DNA of 64,000 nt from an uncultured Poribacteria bacterium. Its GTDB lineage: Bacteria; Poribacteria; WGA-4E; WGA-3G. The stretch spans positions 2,176,001 through 2,240,000 of the forward strand of contig CATQHZ020000001.1 in the NCBI GenBank assembly GCA_958296135.2. Direction: 5' to 3'. The translations under genes and the position numbers were made by a program. A model generated the notes under the pieces. That model worked only from the letters and a program-made list of their open reading frames with translations. It was not told the origin of the DNA and did not search any database. Each line of letters opens with the position of its first letter. Position 1 is the stretch's first letter. This document shows, piece by piece, positions 10,352-19,470 of this stretch.

Positions 10352-11160
10352 AAAGCGTCAACAACGGCGCGGAGTTGGCGAATGCCTTCTAACATCTGCT
10401 CCGGCGTTCCCCAATGCTCAATGCTCGCCGCCCCGGTGAACCCGTCTGCGACAAGCGTCTCTAGCAGCTGCACATAGCGCAAACCTGTCTCTCCGATCGG
10501 CTCGAGGCTTTTCTGCCCATTCGGTTTGACATGCACGTGCGTTACCAACCCTCTGATGTGGGAATAGCCTTCCGGCAGCGGGTTTTCGCCGCAATGTAAT
10601 CCGTTATTGACATCCCAACACGAAGTAAGCGCGGGGCTATTGCCGAGTTCATTGATAACAGCGCGCGTCTCTTCGCACGTGCCAGCGAGACAAGCACTCT
10701 CGTTTTCAAAGGCGAGCGTCACGTCCGCGCCTTCTGCAATTGGAACAACCGGGGCGAGTTTCTCGGCGATAAGTTCCAGATAGTCGTTGATATCCGGGCG
10801 CGCCGCGCCGCGCACACCGCGATTCGGATTCCAGAAGGTGAAGCCTCGGATGACACGGGTATCAAATGCATGCGCGAGCTCTACCATCCGGTCGAAGTGC
10901 CGCAGGTGCTGTTCGTATTCCTGTTGGTTGTCAATCGCGCATTTGCCAAACGGCGAACCGATGCAGGCGACTCGTACATCGTAAGCATTCAGCACATCTT
11001 GGACGCGTTTGACATCGTCGTCGTCAATTTCGGTGACGTGTTTGCCCCACACGCCGCCGCGGATTTCAACGGTGTTCGCCCCGGCTCCAACGCCGAGTTT
11101 GATGGCCGCCTCAAAATCGGTTTTGGAAACCTCGTCAGCGAAAAAACAGACATCGATCAT
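10348..11160 (-). CDS. Sugar phosphate isomerase/epimerase (xylose-isomerase-like TIM barrel)
   Basis: FADEVS, IGSPFGK, FENE, WDVNN, HVHVK and SIEH motifs. Confidence 0.85.
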   Translation of the reverse strand: MIDVCFFADEVSKTDFEAAIKLGVGAGANTVEIRGGVWGKHVTEIDDDDVKRVQDVLNAYDVRVACIGSPFGKCAIDNQQEYEQHLRHFDRMVELAHAFDTRVIRGFTFWNPNRGVRGAARPDINDYLELIAEKLAPVVPIAEGADVTLAFENESACLAGTCEETRAVINELGNSPALTSCWDVNNGLHCGENPLPEGYSHIRGLVTHVHVKPNGQKSLEPIGETGLRYVQLLETLVADGFTGAASIEHWGTPEQMLEGIRQLRAVVDAL

Positions 11161-11180
11161 TCTGAAGTCCTCCGTTTATG

Positions 11181-11477
11181 TCATGTCGTGAAGATAATGA
11201 GCAGGTGCATAATCAACGATGCCGCCATTAAAATCGCCCCAAGGCTCATAATGACAGAATGTTGCGCTAAAAACGCCGCGGATCGGTGACTTCTTGATTG
11301 GAAGTAAAGCGAAATTAGCCAAATTACGCCACTGAACAAGAAAATGCCACCGATAGCGATGTTGCGTTCATAAGCCAAGCCGCCACGTTGCCATTCAACG
11401 CAAGCTTTAACGAGATGAAGAGTCCCGTTGAATAAACAACAGAGGCACATAACACGCATCGCCTTTCGGTTGGACAT
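11181..11477 (-). CDS. Small hypothetical membrane protein
   Basis: Three hydrophobic segments; start uncertain (11477 or 11534). Confidence 0.45.
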   Translation of the reverse strand: MSNRKAMRVMCLCCLFNGTLHLVKACVEWQRGGLAYERNIAIGGIFLFSGVIWLISLYFQSRSHRSAAFLAQHSVIMSLGAILMAASLIMHLLIIFTT

Positions 11478-11502
11478 TTTGAAACGTGAAAGCATTGAAG
11501 CG

Positions 11503-11919
11503 TTAGCCTCCCTCGAAACCGAGCCAAACATCAATGAATTGGATAAGCAGTGAGAGCCCTAACAGCCCCCAAGAGATACGAGTCAACACGAGGGAATTCC
11601 GGTGCCACGCGTTCGGTGCGTCGGATTGTCCCGATTTGATATAGACTGCTCTTAGGCCCGCAGTGCTGCCTAACAGCATCAGTCCGCCTGCGATGATTTT
11701 CACATGATAATACCGGCGTTCTGCCTCACGCTGTCGCGGGGTAAGCCAATCTTTTCGCTCCCGGCGACGCAGTGCCTCTTCTATCTCCTGGTGCTCCTGC
11801 AGCCCTGTGTAACCCGAGAAAAGACTGGTAAGCCCCATGATTGCTATACAGAGATACATGCATGCTTCCGATTTCGGGTGAATTTTCTTGAGTCGCGCAA
11901 ACATCGAATTCGTCTCCAT
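11503..11919 (-). CDS. Hypothetical membrane protein
   Basis: 138-aa ORF with three hydrophobic segments. Confidence 0.5.
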   Translation of the reverse strand: METNSMFARLKKIHPKSEACMYLCIAIMGLTSLFSGYTGLQEHQEIEEALRRRERKDWLTPRQREAERRYYHVKIIAGGLMLLGSTAGLRAVYIKSGQSDAPNAWHRNSLVLTRISWGLLGLSLLIQFIDVWLGFEGG

Positions 11920-11959
11920 CTCATGAGGTGGTAATCTTCCTTGAAATACCCCCTTCCAT

Positions 11960-12050
11960 CAGGGCGATTCAGTTCTCGGCTGAACTGTAAGGACAGATTT
12001 TTATCGCTGCCCGTTAACGCCTTGTTCGTCGGAAAACTGAATCGTCCTAG
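11960..12050. mobile_element. MITE-like element with terminal inverted repeats, flanked by a direct repeat
   Basis: Left end cagggcgattcagtt, right end aactgaatcgtcctag; ccttccatc at 11952-11960 and 12051-12059; contains a GTAA REP. Confidence 0.65.
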
Positions 12051-12061
12051 CCTTCCATCCT

Positions 12062-13105
12062 TCAATCTGCATCAGATGCCTTCTGGCGGTTTAATTCGAT
12101 TTGCAATTGCCGATAAGCCGCTTGGAGTTCAGCGAGTTCCTCTTCGACCTGGTTGGCTCTTGCATCGGCTTGTGCCGCCTCAACGCTTTTTCGCTCGGCA
12201 TCTGATTCAGCGCGATGACGTTCCGCTTCGGCGCGTTGGCGCGCGGCGGCTTCTTCTCGCGCAAGGGATTCAGCGCGTTGGCGCGCGGCGGCTTCTTCTC
12301 GCGCAAGGGATTCAGCGTGTTGGCGCGCGGCGGCTTCTTCTCGCGCAAGGGATTCAGCATGTTGGCGCGCAAGAGCCGCCTGCGCGACGTTTTCCTTCGC
12401 CTGTTCCGCTTCTGCCGCGAGCTGATCGGCAAGGGTTGCAGCTTCCTCGGCTTTCTCTGCCGCTGCATCCATCGGTGTCTCTAACCACCGCGCCGCACCC
12501 GGGTCATAGAATCCGAAGCCGTCGCCGCGTAAACCGAGGAATAACCCCAAAGTCTCTGCAAAGACTTTGCCATCTGGCGCCGGCCGAATTGGAACGTATT
12601 CGGTGCCGACAAGACGAAAACCCATCAATGGGGTGGGTAAAAACTTGCGCTCGGCATCGTAAAGGAAATATTCCCGGACACCCAGCCTTTCGGCGTAGAG
12701 CTTCTTCTTCGGACCTAAGTCGTTCTTAAACGTATTTTCGCTAGAAAACTCTAGCACGAAGTCCGGCGGTTTCCCCTCTTCCCAAACGCGGTAGATGCGC
12801 CGTTGCTTCCGTTCAATACCGAACGTGACGAAGACATCGGGCGAGACCGATTGCTTGGCACGGCCGATAGCGTAATACATGAACATGTTGCCGGATACGC
12901 AGACATCCGGCACGTCTTGGAAACGCGCGTCGAGCGTCAAGAGGGAGTCAATCAGCAGGTCGCGATGAAGTTCGGTTTCAGCCATAGGTTGTCCATCCGA
13001 TTCGGGATAGTCGGTATCGTCCTCAAATGCCGGCTCATAAGGGAGCGGCGGCGGTGCCCCGCGGTAAGGCGGGTATATCTCCGCAGTGTGTTGATTGGTT
13101 TGCAT
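12062..13105 (-). CDS. Uma2 (DUF820) PD-(D/E)xK endonuclease-like protein with a coiled-coil tail
   Basis: YPESDGQPMAET, SPDVFV, PPDFVLEFSS and LGVREYFLYD motifs; Ala/Glu-rich tail. Confidence 0.9.
   Translation of the reverse strand: MQTNQHTAEIYPPYRGAPPPLPYEPAFEDDTDYPESDGQPMAETELHRDLLIDSLLTLDARFQDVPDVCVSGNMFMYYAIGRAKQSVSPDVFVTFGIERKQRRIYRVWEEGKPPDFVLEFSSENTFKNDLGPKKKLYAERLGVREYFLYDAERKFLPTPLMGFRLVGTEYVPIRPAPDGKVFAETLGLFLGLRGDGFGFYDPGAARWLETPMDAAAEKAEEAATLADQLAAEAEQAKENVAQAALARQHAESLAREEAAARQHAESLAREEAAARQRAESLAREEAAARQRAEAERHRAESDAERKSVEAAQADARANQVEEELAELQAAYRQLQIELNRQKASDAD
12231..12370. repeat. Coding tandem repeat, 42 bp x about 3.3 (ESLAREEAAARQ[HR]A)
   Basis: Units start at 12231, 12273 and 12315, with a partial unit at 12357. 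Confidence 0.95.
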
Positions 13106-13141
13106 TGTCGCTCTCCTTGATTCAGGATAAATCTTATGTTA

Positions 13142-13170
13142 AGTTTACCACAAAAATACGCGAGTGTCAA
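13142..13170 (-). promoter_or_regulatory. Sigma70-type promoter for the Uma2 gene
   Basis: TTGACA-17 bp-TAAACT on the minus strand. Confidence 0.6.
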
Positions 13171-13210
13171 GTTTTTCTCGCGATTTTTCGGGAAACCGAA
13201 TAATTTGGTA

Positions 13211-14335
13211 TCAGATGTCAACCTCTAGCTGCCTGCCCTTAAAATGCCGCGCCGATTTCGGACGCGCCTCAATCCGCCACGGTAACTTCACCAAGTCGTG
13301 ATACCGCCGGTTATGATTGGCAAGTGTCACTGCTTCTTGCACATTAGTAGGATAGCCATAGATTTCATAGTCAACCGAAGGCAGCAGCCCGTGTCTCTCC
13401 TTGAGCCTTCTCTGCACCGGATCCAGCGCGAGAATGGTGAGATCGATGCCGATCCAACGTCGGTTGAGGGTTTCAGCAGCATCCAGCGTTGTGCCGCCGC
13501 CACAGAAGGGATCGAGGACAATGTCCCCTTCATTGGTAGACGCTTTGATGAGGCGTTCCAGCAAAGCCCGCGGCTTTTGCGTCGGATACCCCATCCGTTC
13601 GTTTGCCAGCCTGCCGACAGGTGTCATGTTATCCCGTTCTTCCAGCCAATAGTCCTCCGGGATTTTGCCGCGCGCATCGAGCTCATAATCCACCTTAAAG
13701 ATACCCTGCGTCTTCCCAGTCTGGCGTTTTTTGTAGGGAATCTTCACGGCATCGGGATTGAACGTGTGTCCCTGTTCAGCGACGGTATAGAAGAGGAGCG
13801 TATCATGCTTCCGCGGGAACCACTTCTTCGTATTGCTCGGTCCGGTATAACACCACACGATTTCGTTTCTGAAGTTTTTGTTATCCTTCAGATTCCTCGC
13901 GTCAAAAATCGCATCAAGGAGCCCTTTGAGATAGTGCGATGCCGTTGCATTGCAGTGCAGATAAAACGAACCGGTCTCTTTCAGCACGCGATGCACCTCG
14001 GCGAGGCGTGGCCCCATGAAAGCGAGGTAGGCGCGCATCGCACCTTTATTGCCGGTCGTTGCCTCCTGAAGGACGAGATCATAGCCTTGAAGGCATTTGT
14101 TGAGCCGTTGATAGGTCTCGGTGGTTTGTTCAGCAACGAAGTGGCGTGCTTCTCTCGCCGCGTCGTCCCATCGCCAGATATCGGTGAACGCCTTCTTCTG
14201 TGCCTGGGAGTTTGGCAAAAAGGTGTTATAGACGCGCCCGCTGTTGAACGGCGGGTCTGCATAGCCGCAATCTACGGAATTATCTGGGAACTCGCGTAAG
14301 ATTTCCAAGTTGTCGCCGAAGTAGATGCTGTTCAT
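13211..14335 (-). CDS. Orphan beta-class amino (N6/N4) DNA methyltransferase, lacking the C-terminal nuclease of its paralog
   Basis: ADPPF motif IV precedes VLDPFCGGGTT motif I; GYPTQKP; homologous to 59139-60683. Confidence 0.9.
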   Translation of the reverse strand: MNSIYFGDNLEILREFPDNSVDCGYADPPFNSGRVYNTFLPNSQAQKKAFTDIWRWDDAAREARHFVAEQTTETYQRLNKCLQGYDLVLQEATTGNKGAMRAYLAFMGPRLAEVHRVLKETGSFYLHCNATASHYLKGLLDAIFDARNLKDNKNFRNEIVWCYTGPSNTKKWFPRKHDTLLFYTVAEQGHTFNPDAVKIPYKKRQTGKTQGIFKVDYELDARGKIPEDYWLEERDNMTPVGRLANERMGYPTQKPRALLERLIKASTNEGDIVLDPFCGGGTTLDAAETLNRRWIGIDLTILALDPVQRRLKERHGLLPSVDYEIYGYPTNVQEAVTLANHNRRYHDLVKLPWRIEARPKSARHFKGRQLEVDI

Positions 14336-16059
14336 TCGCGCGCTTCTCCTTCTGTCTCAGATGCTTCCTCCTGCTGATTTTGCAGATTCCAGGCGATAAA
14401 CGGTGCCAAGTTCGCCAACACCTCAAGCGGTGCTTCTTCTTCAGAGAAAACCGCCTCTACTACGGCCTCATTGCCTTTCACCGAGAGCCACGCCAGCAGC
14501 GGTGACATCTCTTTCACATTGCTAATCGCCACTTCCGGTGGGAGGGAACTCCCTGTTGCCTCCAACAGCCGCGCGAGGTTGAGTTGCGCCACTACCGTCG
14601 GTGTCTTCGGCAGCTGCTTTAATGCATCCGGTCTCTTTTTCTGCTGAATCGTGTCAACGAGCGCGTAGATCTGGTCTTCTGAGAAACTGAGCAAAAATAG
14701 CCCATCGCTTTTGCAGTGGTAAACATTCTCCGCGAACTCTGACACTGTTGTGCCGCTGTAATCCGTTTGCGAGACAGACGCATTGCTCACATTCAAGATG
14801 CTGTTGCCGATGAGATTCAATTTTGAAGGGTTGCTGGAATTGAAAATCAGGGAGCCTTGCGTTTCCACATCGCCGAAATCTATCGCCAAGGCACCATCGA
14901 ATTCGACGTTTAATCCGCTGAAGACTTCCGGGTCAAACTGCGTCAAATCGGAAACGGACAAGGCGAGTTCGCCGGTTAGCCCTGCCATCACATCTGTCTC
15001 AAGATCCAAATGCAGGTTCTCTTCAAAGAGTGAAAGGGCTGTGTAGGTTTCTTCTGTGGAATTATTCTCAATCTCGGCGTGAGCGAATTGCCACACTTTC
15101 TCCAAAATCGGCGGCGCAAGGGCAACAAATAGCTCTTCCTCCCCTGAAAGTGCTTTGAGCGTGCGCAACTGCGAGCCTTCCTTCAGGAACATCGTTACCC
15201 CTTTATCCAATTTATCCAACGGGTCCGGCGGCGTAAATTGGGTGTAAACTTGGAGGCATTTCCCACCTTCTAGCAAATTGAGCCGGGCGTATGCATGTTC
15301 AAAGAACTCAAGTTGCTTCCGGGTGCTTTTGCTTAAGTCTTTGAGCATCGACAAGGCTTGTGGCACATCAACGAACGTCGTGAGCTCTCCCGCACCAAAC
15401 TTTTTAGTCGCCTTGGCAAAGTCAGGGTTCTTCGCGATAGAGGATGCCTTCTTTCGGAAAGTATCAATGAGTTTTTCAAAGCTGCCTTTCCCGATGCCCG
15501 CAACCAGAAATTCGTCAACAAACCCGTAGGTGATGAAATGTTCTGGAGTCTCTAGGGTGCTATAGTGGTTCTTTCGGTATATTCCCGCTTCTGGTATGAG
15601 TGTGCCTTCATTCATGCCCATCATACCGGCGATGATTTTAGTCAGCCGCTGGAGTTCGCCGATATTTCCGCCGGAATGGACGAGGAGCCCGATTTGCGTT
15701 TCTCCCGCTTCGTTTTGCCACATCGCGAGGCCGGTGCGATAGCCTACCGTCTTGATGAGTCCGCGCATGTCTGTGCCGAACAGCGTCAGTCCCATTGTCA
15801 AGCCTTGCTGCATTTCGGGGACAGCACCCGGCAAGAGTGTCTGCATCTTTTGCCAGTTTTCGGAGAGTTCGATCTCGGCGTAGACTTCGTCCAGATCTCG
15901 CAGTTGCAGATAGAGCGCGCTCTCTTTGGGGATGAAATCTTGAACCTTTGCAGCGTTTGTCGACATTGCGAAAAAGACGATACCTATTAAGGCAATGGCT
16001 CCGTATATAGCGCGCTTGCAAAGCGCGCCTACCGGGATTGGATTCAGTTTTCGTCGCAT
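14332..16059 (-). CDS. Exported protein, DUF3352-like
   Basis: Signal peptide, then FIPKESALYL; second repeat with LDLETDVMAGLTGELAL. Confidence 0.6.
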   Translation of the reverse strand: MRRKLNPIPVGALCKRAIYGAIALIGIVFFAMSTNAAKVQDFIPKESALYLQLRDLDEVYAEIELSENWQKMQTLLPGAVPEMQQGLTMGLTLFGTDMRGLIKTVGYRTGLAMWQNEAGETQIGLLVHSGGNIGELQRLTKIIAGMMGMNEGTLIPEAGIYRKNHYSTLETPEHFITYGFVDEFLVAGIGKGSFEKLIDTFRKKASSIAKNPDFAKATKKFGAGELTTFVDVPQALSMLKDLSKSTRKQLEFFEHAYARLNLLEGGKCLQVYTQFTPPDPLDKLDKGVTMFLKEGSQLRTLKALSGEEELFVALAPPILEKVWQFAHAEIENNSTEETYTALSLFEENLHLDLETDVMAGLTGELALSVSDLTQFDPEVFSGLNVEFDGALAIDFGDVETQGSLIFNSSNPSKLNLIGNSILNVSNASVSQTDYSGTTVSEFAENVYHCKSDGLFLLSFSEDQIYALVDTIQQKKRPDALKQLPKTPTVVAQLNLARLLEATGSSLPPEVAISNVKEMSPLLAWLSVKGNEAVVEAVFSEEEAPLEVLANLAPFIAWNLQNQQEEASETEGEARE

Positions 16060-16081
16060 GATGCACCTCTATTTGAAAAAT

Positions 16082-16114
16082 GTAGCATGGCGAGGAACAG
16101 CCCCTCGCCCTACG
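16082..16114. repeat. GTAG REP-like family C copy
   Basis: gtagcatggcgaggaacagcccctcgccctac; related copies at about 18191, 32489, 39690, 53359, 54259, 61398 and 61450. Confidence 0.75.
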
Positions 16115-16126
16115 GCGATGAAGCAC

Positions 16127-17824
16127 TTACGGAACCCGAATGTCTTCAACTAACGCTTGCACCTCGGCGGGTGGCGGCGGTGTGAGTGCAGACACGGCGA
16201 TGGAGACGATGAAGTTCAGCACCATCCCTAGCGTGCCGATTCCCTCCGGCGAAATACCCCACCACCAATGCGCAGGCGTATTATGCGCCGGATTGATGAA
16301 TTTGAAATAGACGATGTAAGCCGCCGTAAACGTAATGCCGACAATCATCCCGCTCACCGCGCCTGCCTTGTTCATCCGTTTGGAGAAGATGCCCATTACA
16401 ATAGCGGGGAAAAATGAACTCGCGGCGAGCCCAAAGGCGAATGCCACTACTTGCCCGACGAAGCCGGGCGGGTCCATCCCGAAATATCCGGCGATGCAGA
16501 CAGCGATGCCCGCGGCGATACGCGCCGCGCCTAATTCCTGTCTCTCACTCAACTCTGGCACGAGCGCGCCTTTGAGGAGATCGTGCGCGATAGCAGTGGA
16601 GATGACGAGCAGTAAACCGGCAGCCGTAGACAGTGCAGCCGCCAAACCGCCCGCGGCGACTAACCCGACTATCCAATTCGGCAGCTTTGCGATTTCTGGG
16701 TTTGCCAGCACTATGATGTCTCTGTCAATCGTGAGTTCATTTGGCACATCGGATTTCGGGCCGCGGTATTGAATTGCACCGTCGCCGTTTCTGTCTTCAA
16801 ACTTGATGAGCCCTGTCGCCTCCCAGTTCTTGAACCATTCCGGCACCTCCTCATATTTGACATCCATCATCTCTCCGTTCTGTTCAACCCTGACAGTTTT
16901 GAGTAGGTTCGTGCGGGCGAACACGGCGACTGCGGGGGCTGTCGTATAGAGAATCGCTATGAACAACAACGCCCATCCCGCAGAGATGCGCGCTTCGGAT
17001 GCCTTGCGCACCGTATAAAACCTGATGATAACGTGCGGCAGTCCCGCCGTGCCAAGCATCAACGCAGCTGTGATGAAAAAGACATCAATAGTGGATTTAG
17101 TCCCATCGGTGTATCGGTTAAAGCCGAGTTCTTCGTTGAGTCCGTTGAGTCTGTCAAGGAGATACATGCCGGAGCCATCGGCAACCTTCGCAACGAGTCC
17201 CATCTGCGGAATAACGTTGTCGGTGATAAGAATAGAGATGAAAATGGCAGGGACGAGATAGGCGAAGATAAGGACGCAGTATTGCGCCACTTGCGTGTAG
17301 GTAATGCCTTTCATTCCGCCGAGCACGGCGTAAAAGAAGACGATGCCCATACCGATGAAAACGCCGACATCGATGTTGACGTTCAGGAACCGGGAGAAGA
17401 CGATGCCGACACCGCGCATTTGTCCTGCGACGTAGGTAAATGAGACGAAGATGGCGCACACCACTGCGACAATCCGCGCCAATTGCGAATAATACCGGTC
17501 GCCGACGAAATCAGGCACTGTATACTTACCGAATTTTCGGAGATAGGGTGCGAGCAGCAGTGCCAGCAAGACGTAGCCGCCTGTCCACCCGAGCAGATAG
17601 ACGGAGCCGTCGCGTCCCATGAAGGCGATGAGGCCTGCCATGGAGATGAAGGAGGCGGCACTCATCCAATCGGCGGCGGTGGCCATGCCGTTGACGATGG
17701 GATGCACGTTGCTCCCGGCGACGTAGAAATCGCCTGTTGATTTCGCCTTGGACCAGATTGCCACGCCGATATACAGCGCGAAGGAGATGCCCACCATTAC
17801 GAAAGTCCATGCTTGCACGTTCAT
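16127..17824 (-). CDS. actP: Cation/acetate-type sodium:solute symporter (ActP-like)
   Basis: NGMATAADWMSAASF and GTAGLPHVIIRFYTV motifs; about 13 TM segments. Confidence 0.85.
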   Translation of the reverse strand: MNVQAWTFVMVGISFALYIGVAIWSKAKSTGDFYVAGSNVHPIVNGMATAADWMSAASFISMAGLIAFMGRDGSVYLLGWTGGYVLLALLLAPYLRKFGKYTVPDFVGDRYYSQLARIVAVVCAIFVSFTYVAGQMRGVGIVFSRFLNVNIDVGVFIGMGIVFFYAVLGGMKGITYTQVAQYCVLIFAYLVPAIFISILITDNVIPQMGLVAKVADGSGMYLLDRLNGLNEELGFNRYTDGTKSTIDVFFITAALMLGTAGLPHVIIRFYTVRKASEARISAGWALLFIAILYTTAPAVAVFARTNLLKTVRVEQNGEMMDVKYEEVPEWFKNWEATGLIKFEDRNGDGAIQYRGPKSDVPNELTIDRDIIVLANPEIAKLPNWIVGLVAAGGLAAALSTAAGLLLVISTAIAHDLLKGALVPELSERQELGAARIAAGIAVCIAGYFGMDPPGFVGQVVAFAFGLAASSFFPAIVMGIFSKRMNKAGAVSGMIVGITFTAAYIVYFKFINPAHNTPAHWWWGISPEGIGTLGMVLNFIVSIAVSALTPPPPAEVQALVEDIRVP

Positions 17825-18102
17825 GGTTGCGTTTCGCCCTCCGAGTCTTCAGTCGCCCGGTATTTTTTATCAAGCCGGTTCATCAGCATCGCGTAGACAA
17901 AGATGAGCTCCACAAAAATCCAGATGGATGCCTGTTGCGCGAAATAGAACCCGATGCGATAGCCTCCAAGTTGGAGCCGGTCGAGTTGCTCAACGAACAC
18001 GATGGAGCACAAGAACGACGTGACGAACCAGATGCCGAGTAAGATGGCGAGGTATTGCAGGTTTTTCCGCCAGTAAGCGCGGTTGCTATCCGATGTTTTC
18101 AT
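17821..18102 (-). CDS. DUF4212 / symporter small subunit
   Basis: AYWRKNL...GFYFAQQ...MNRLDKKY; GTGA/ATGA-type overlap with the symporter start. Confidence 0.85.
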   Translation of the reverse strand: MKTSDSNRAYWRKNLQYLAILLGIWFVTSFLCSIVFVEQLDRLQLGGYRIGFYFAQQASIWIFVELIFVYAMLMNRLDKKYRATEDSEGETQP

Positions 18103-18138
18103 GCGGTGTTCTCCTCCGGCTTTTTTGACTTGCAAGGG

Positions 18139-18167
18139 ATTCTATCAAAAAATAGGATTTTTGTCAA
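18139..18167 (-). promoter_or_regulatory. Sigma70-type promoter of the symporter operon
   Basis: TTGACA-17 bp-TAGAAT. Confidence 0.65.
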
Positions 18168-18224
18168 GGAAAATGTTTGCATAGGGCTGTGTAGCGCGAG
18201 GCCTGTCCCTCGCGCTCTTGGATG

Positions 18225-18830
18225 TTACCCTTTCTGTGCCACCATGCTGACGAGGATGCCGAGGATTTTATCACACTCGCGGATAGTGTAACTCGCCATA
18301 TCAATGGAGAGACACCCTTCCGTTAACTTCAGGAATTTCCACGCCAGGCCTGTTGTGCTTACGCCGTAAATCGTGGGAATGTCATTCCCTCTCTTAGCAT
18401 TAAAGCGTTGGGCGGCGAGCATCTCGGCGGTGCACTGCCCGAGGCCGAGCGTCATGTCATCCTTTTTCGCCTCCACAAGCGTAATGACAGGTGCCTGTAA
18501 CACATGTTGCACGGGTGACAGGCTCACTAAGAAGTCACACACACCGATCAAACCGTCATCGGCATCAATGCTGAAATCAATCCCGGAAAAGACGCTGATG
18601 CGCCAATCCAAGTGCTCTTGCAGCTCAAACAGCATCCCGGCGACAATCAGTTCTGATTTTGCCTTTTCGGTGTTGATAGCCGTCGCCAACCACACCTTTC
18701 TCTCCAGATCGGAGGTAAAATGCTCCCGCGGTGCAACCGGTTCTACTTCAGCGAAGAGCTCTTCGGAGTCAACGATGTCTAACTCAAACGTCTCAACGAC
18801 TTTTGCTAACGTAAAACTGCTGTCAGCCAT
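18225..18830 (-). CDS. PD-(D/E)xK-like (HsdR-N-related) hypothetical protein, tandem copy 1
   Basis: GVCDFL...VEAKK...GLGQCTAEM pattern; paralog of 18845-19450. Confidence 0.7.
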   Translation of the reverse strand: MADSSFTLAKVVETFELDIVDSEELFAEVEPVAPREHFTSDLERKVWLATAINTEKAKSELIVAGMLFELQEHLDWRISVFSGIDFSIDADDGLIGVCDFLVSLSPVQHVLQAPVITLVEAKKDDMTLGLGQCTAEMLAAQRFNAKRGNDIPTIYGVSTTGLAWKFLKLTEGCLSIDMASYTIRECDKILGILVSMVAQKG

Positions 18831-18844
18831 CGAAAATTACCTCC

Positions 18845-19450
18845 TTACACTTTCTGCGCCACCATGCTGACAAGGATGCCGAGGATTTTATCGCACTCGC
18901 GGATAGTGTAACTCGCCACATCTATGTAGAGTCGCTTCTCCATCAATTTCAGGAATTTCCACGCCAGGCCTGTTGTGCTTACGCCGTAAACGGTGGGAAT
19001 GTCATTCCCTCTCTTGGCATTAAAGCGTTGGGCGGCGAGCATCTCGGCGGTGCACTGCCCGAGGCCCGAGAGAAAGTCGTCCCGCTTTGCCTCAACGAGC
19101 GCGATGATAGGTGCCTGTAACAGGTACTGCACGGGCGATAGGCTTACCAGAAAATCGCAGACACCTACCAAGCCGTCACTAGCATCAACGCTGAAGTCAA
19201 TCCCGGAAAAGAGGCTGATGCGCCGGTCGAACTGTTCGCGGAGCTCCACTAGCACCTCGGCAACAATCAGTTCCGACCGCGCCTTTTCCGTGTTGATCGC
19301 TTCCGCTAACTGCACCTTTCGCTCCAACGCCGTGTTGAGATGGGCCCCCAGTGCTATCGGTTCTACTTCAGCGAAGAGCTCTTCGGAGTCAACGATGTCT
19401 AACTCAAACGTCTCAACGACTTTTGCTAACGTAAAACTGCTGTCAGCCAT
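18845..19450 (-). CDS. PD-(D/E)xK-like (HsdR-N-related) hypothetical protein, tandem copy 2
   Basis: Same 201-aa length and motifs; AGGAGG RBS. Confidence 0.7.
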   Translation of the reverse strand: MADSSFTLAKVVETFELDIVDSEELFAEVEPIALGAHLNTALERKVQLAEAINTEKARSELIVAEVLVELREQFDRRISLFSGIDFSVDASDGLVGVCDFLVSLSPVQYLLQAPIIALVEAKRDDFLSGLGQCTAEMLAAQRFNAKRGNDIPTVYGVSTTGLAWKFLKLMEKRLYIDVASYTIRECDKILGILVSMVAQKV

Positions 19451-19470
19451 GGGAAATTACCTCCTTGGAT

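Noticed and set aside
11941-14299. Long antisense ORFs (11941-12729, 13298-14299) and similar ones elsewhere
   Set aside because: They lie opposite well-supported genes, have no motifs, and are expected in GC-rich or repetitive coding DNA.
18225-19450. Diversity-generating retroelement TR/VR pair (also considered for 31078-32378)
   Set aside because: The differences are not adenine-restricted and include many synonymous changes, both copies are full ORFs, and there is no reverse transcriptase in the window.
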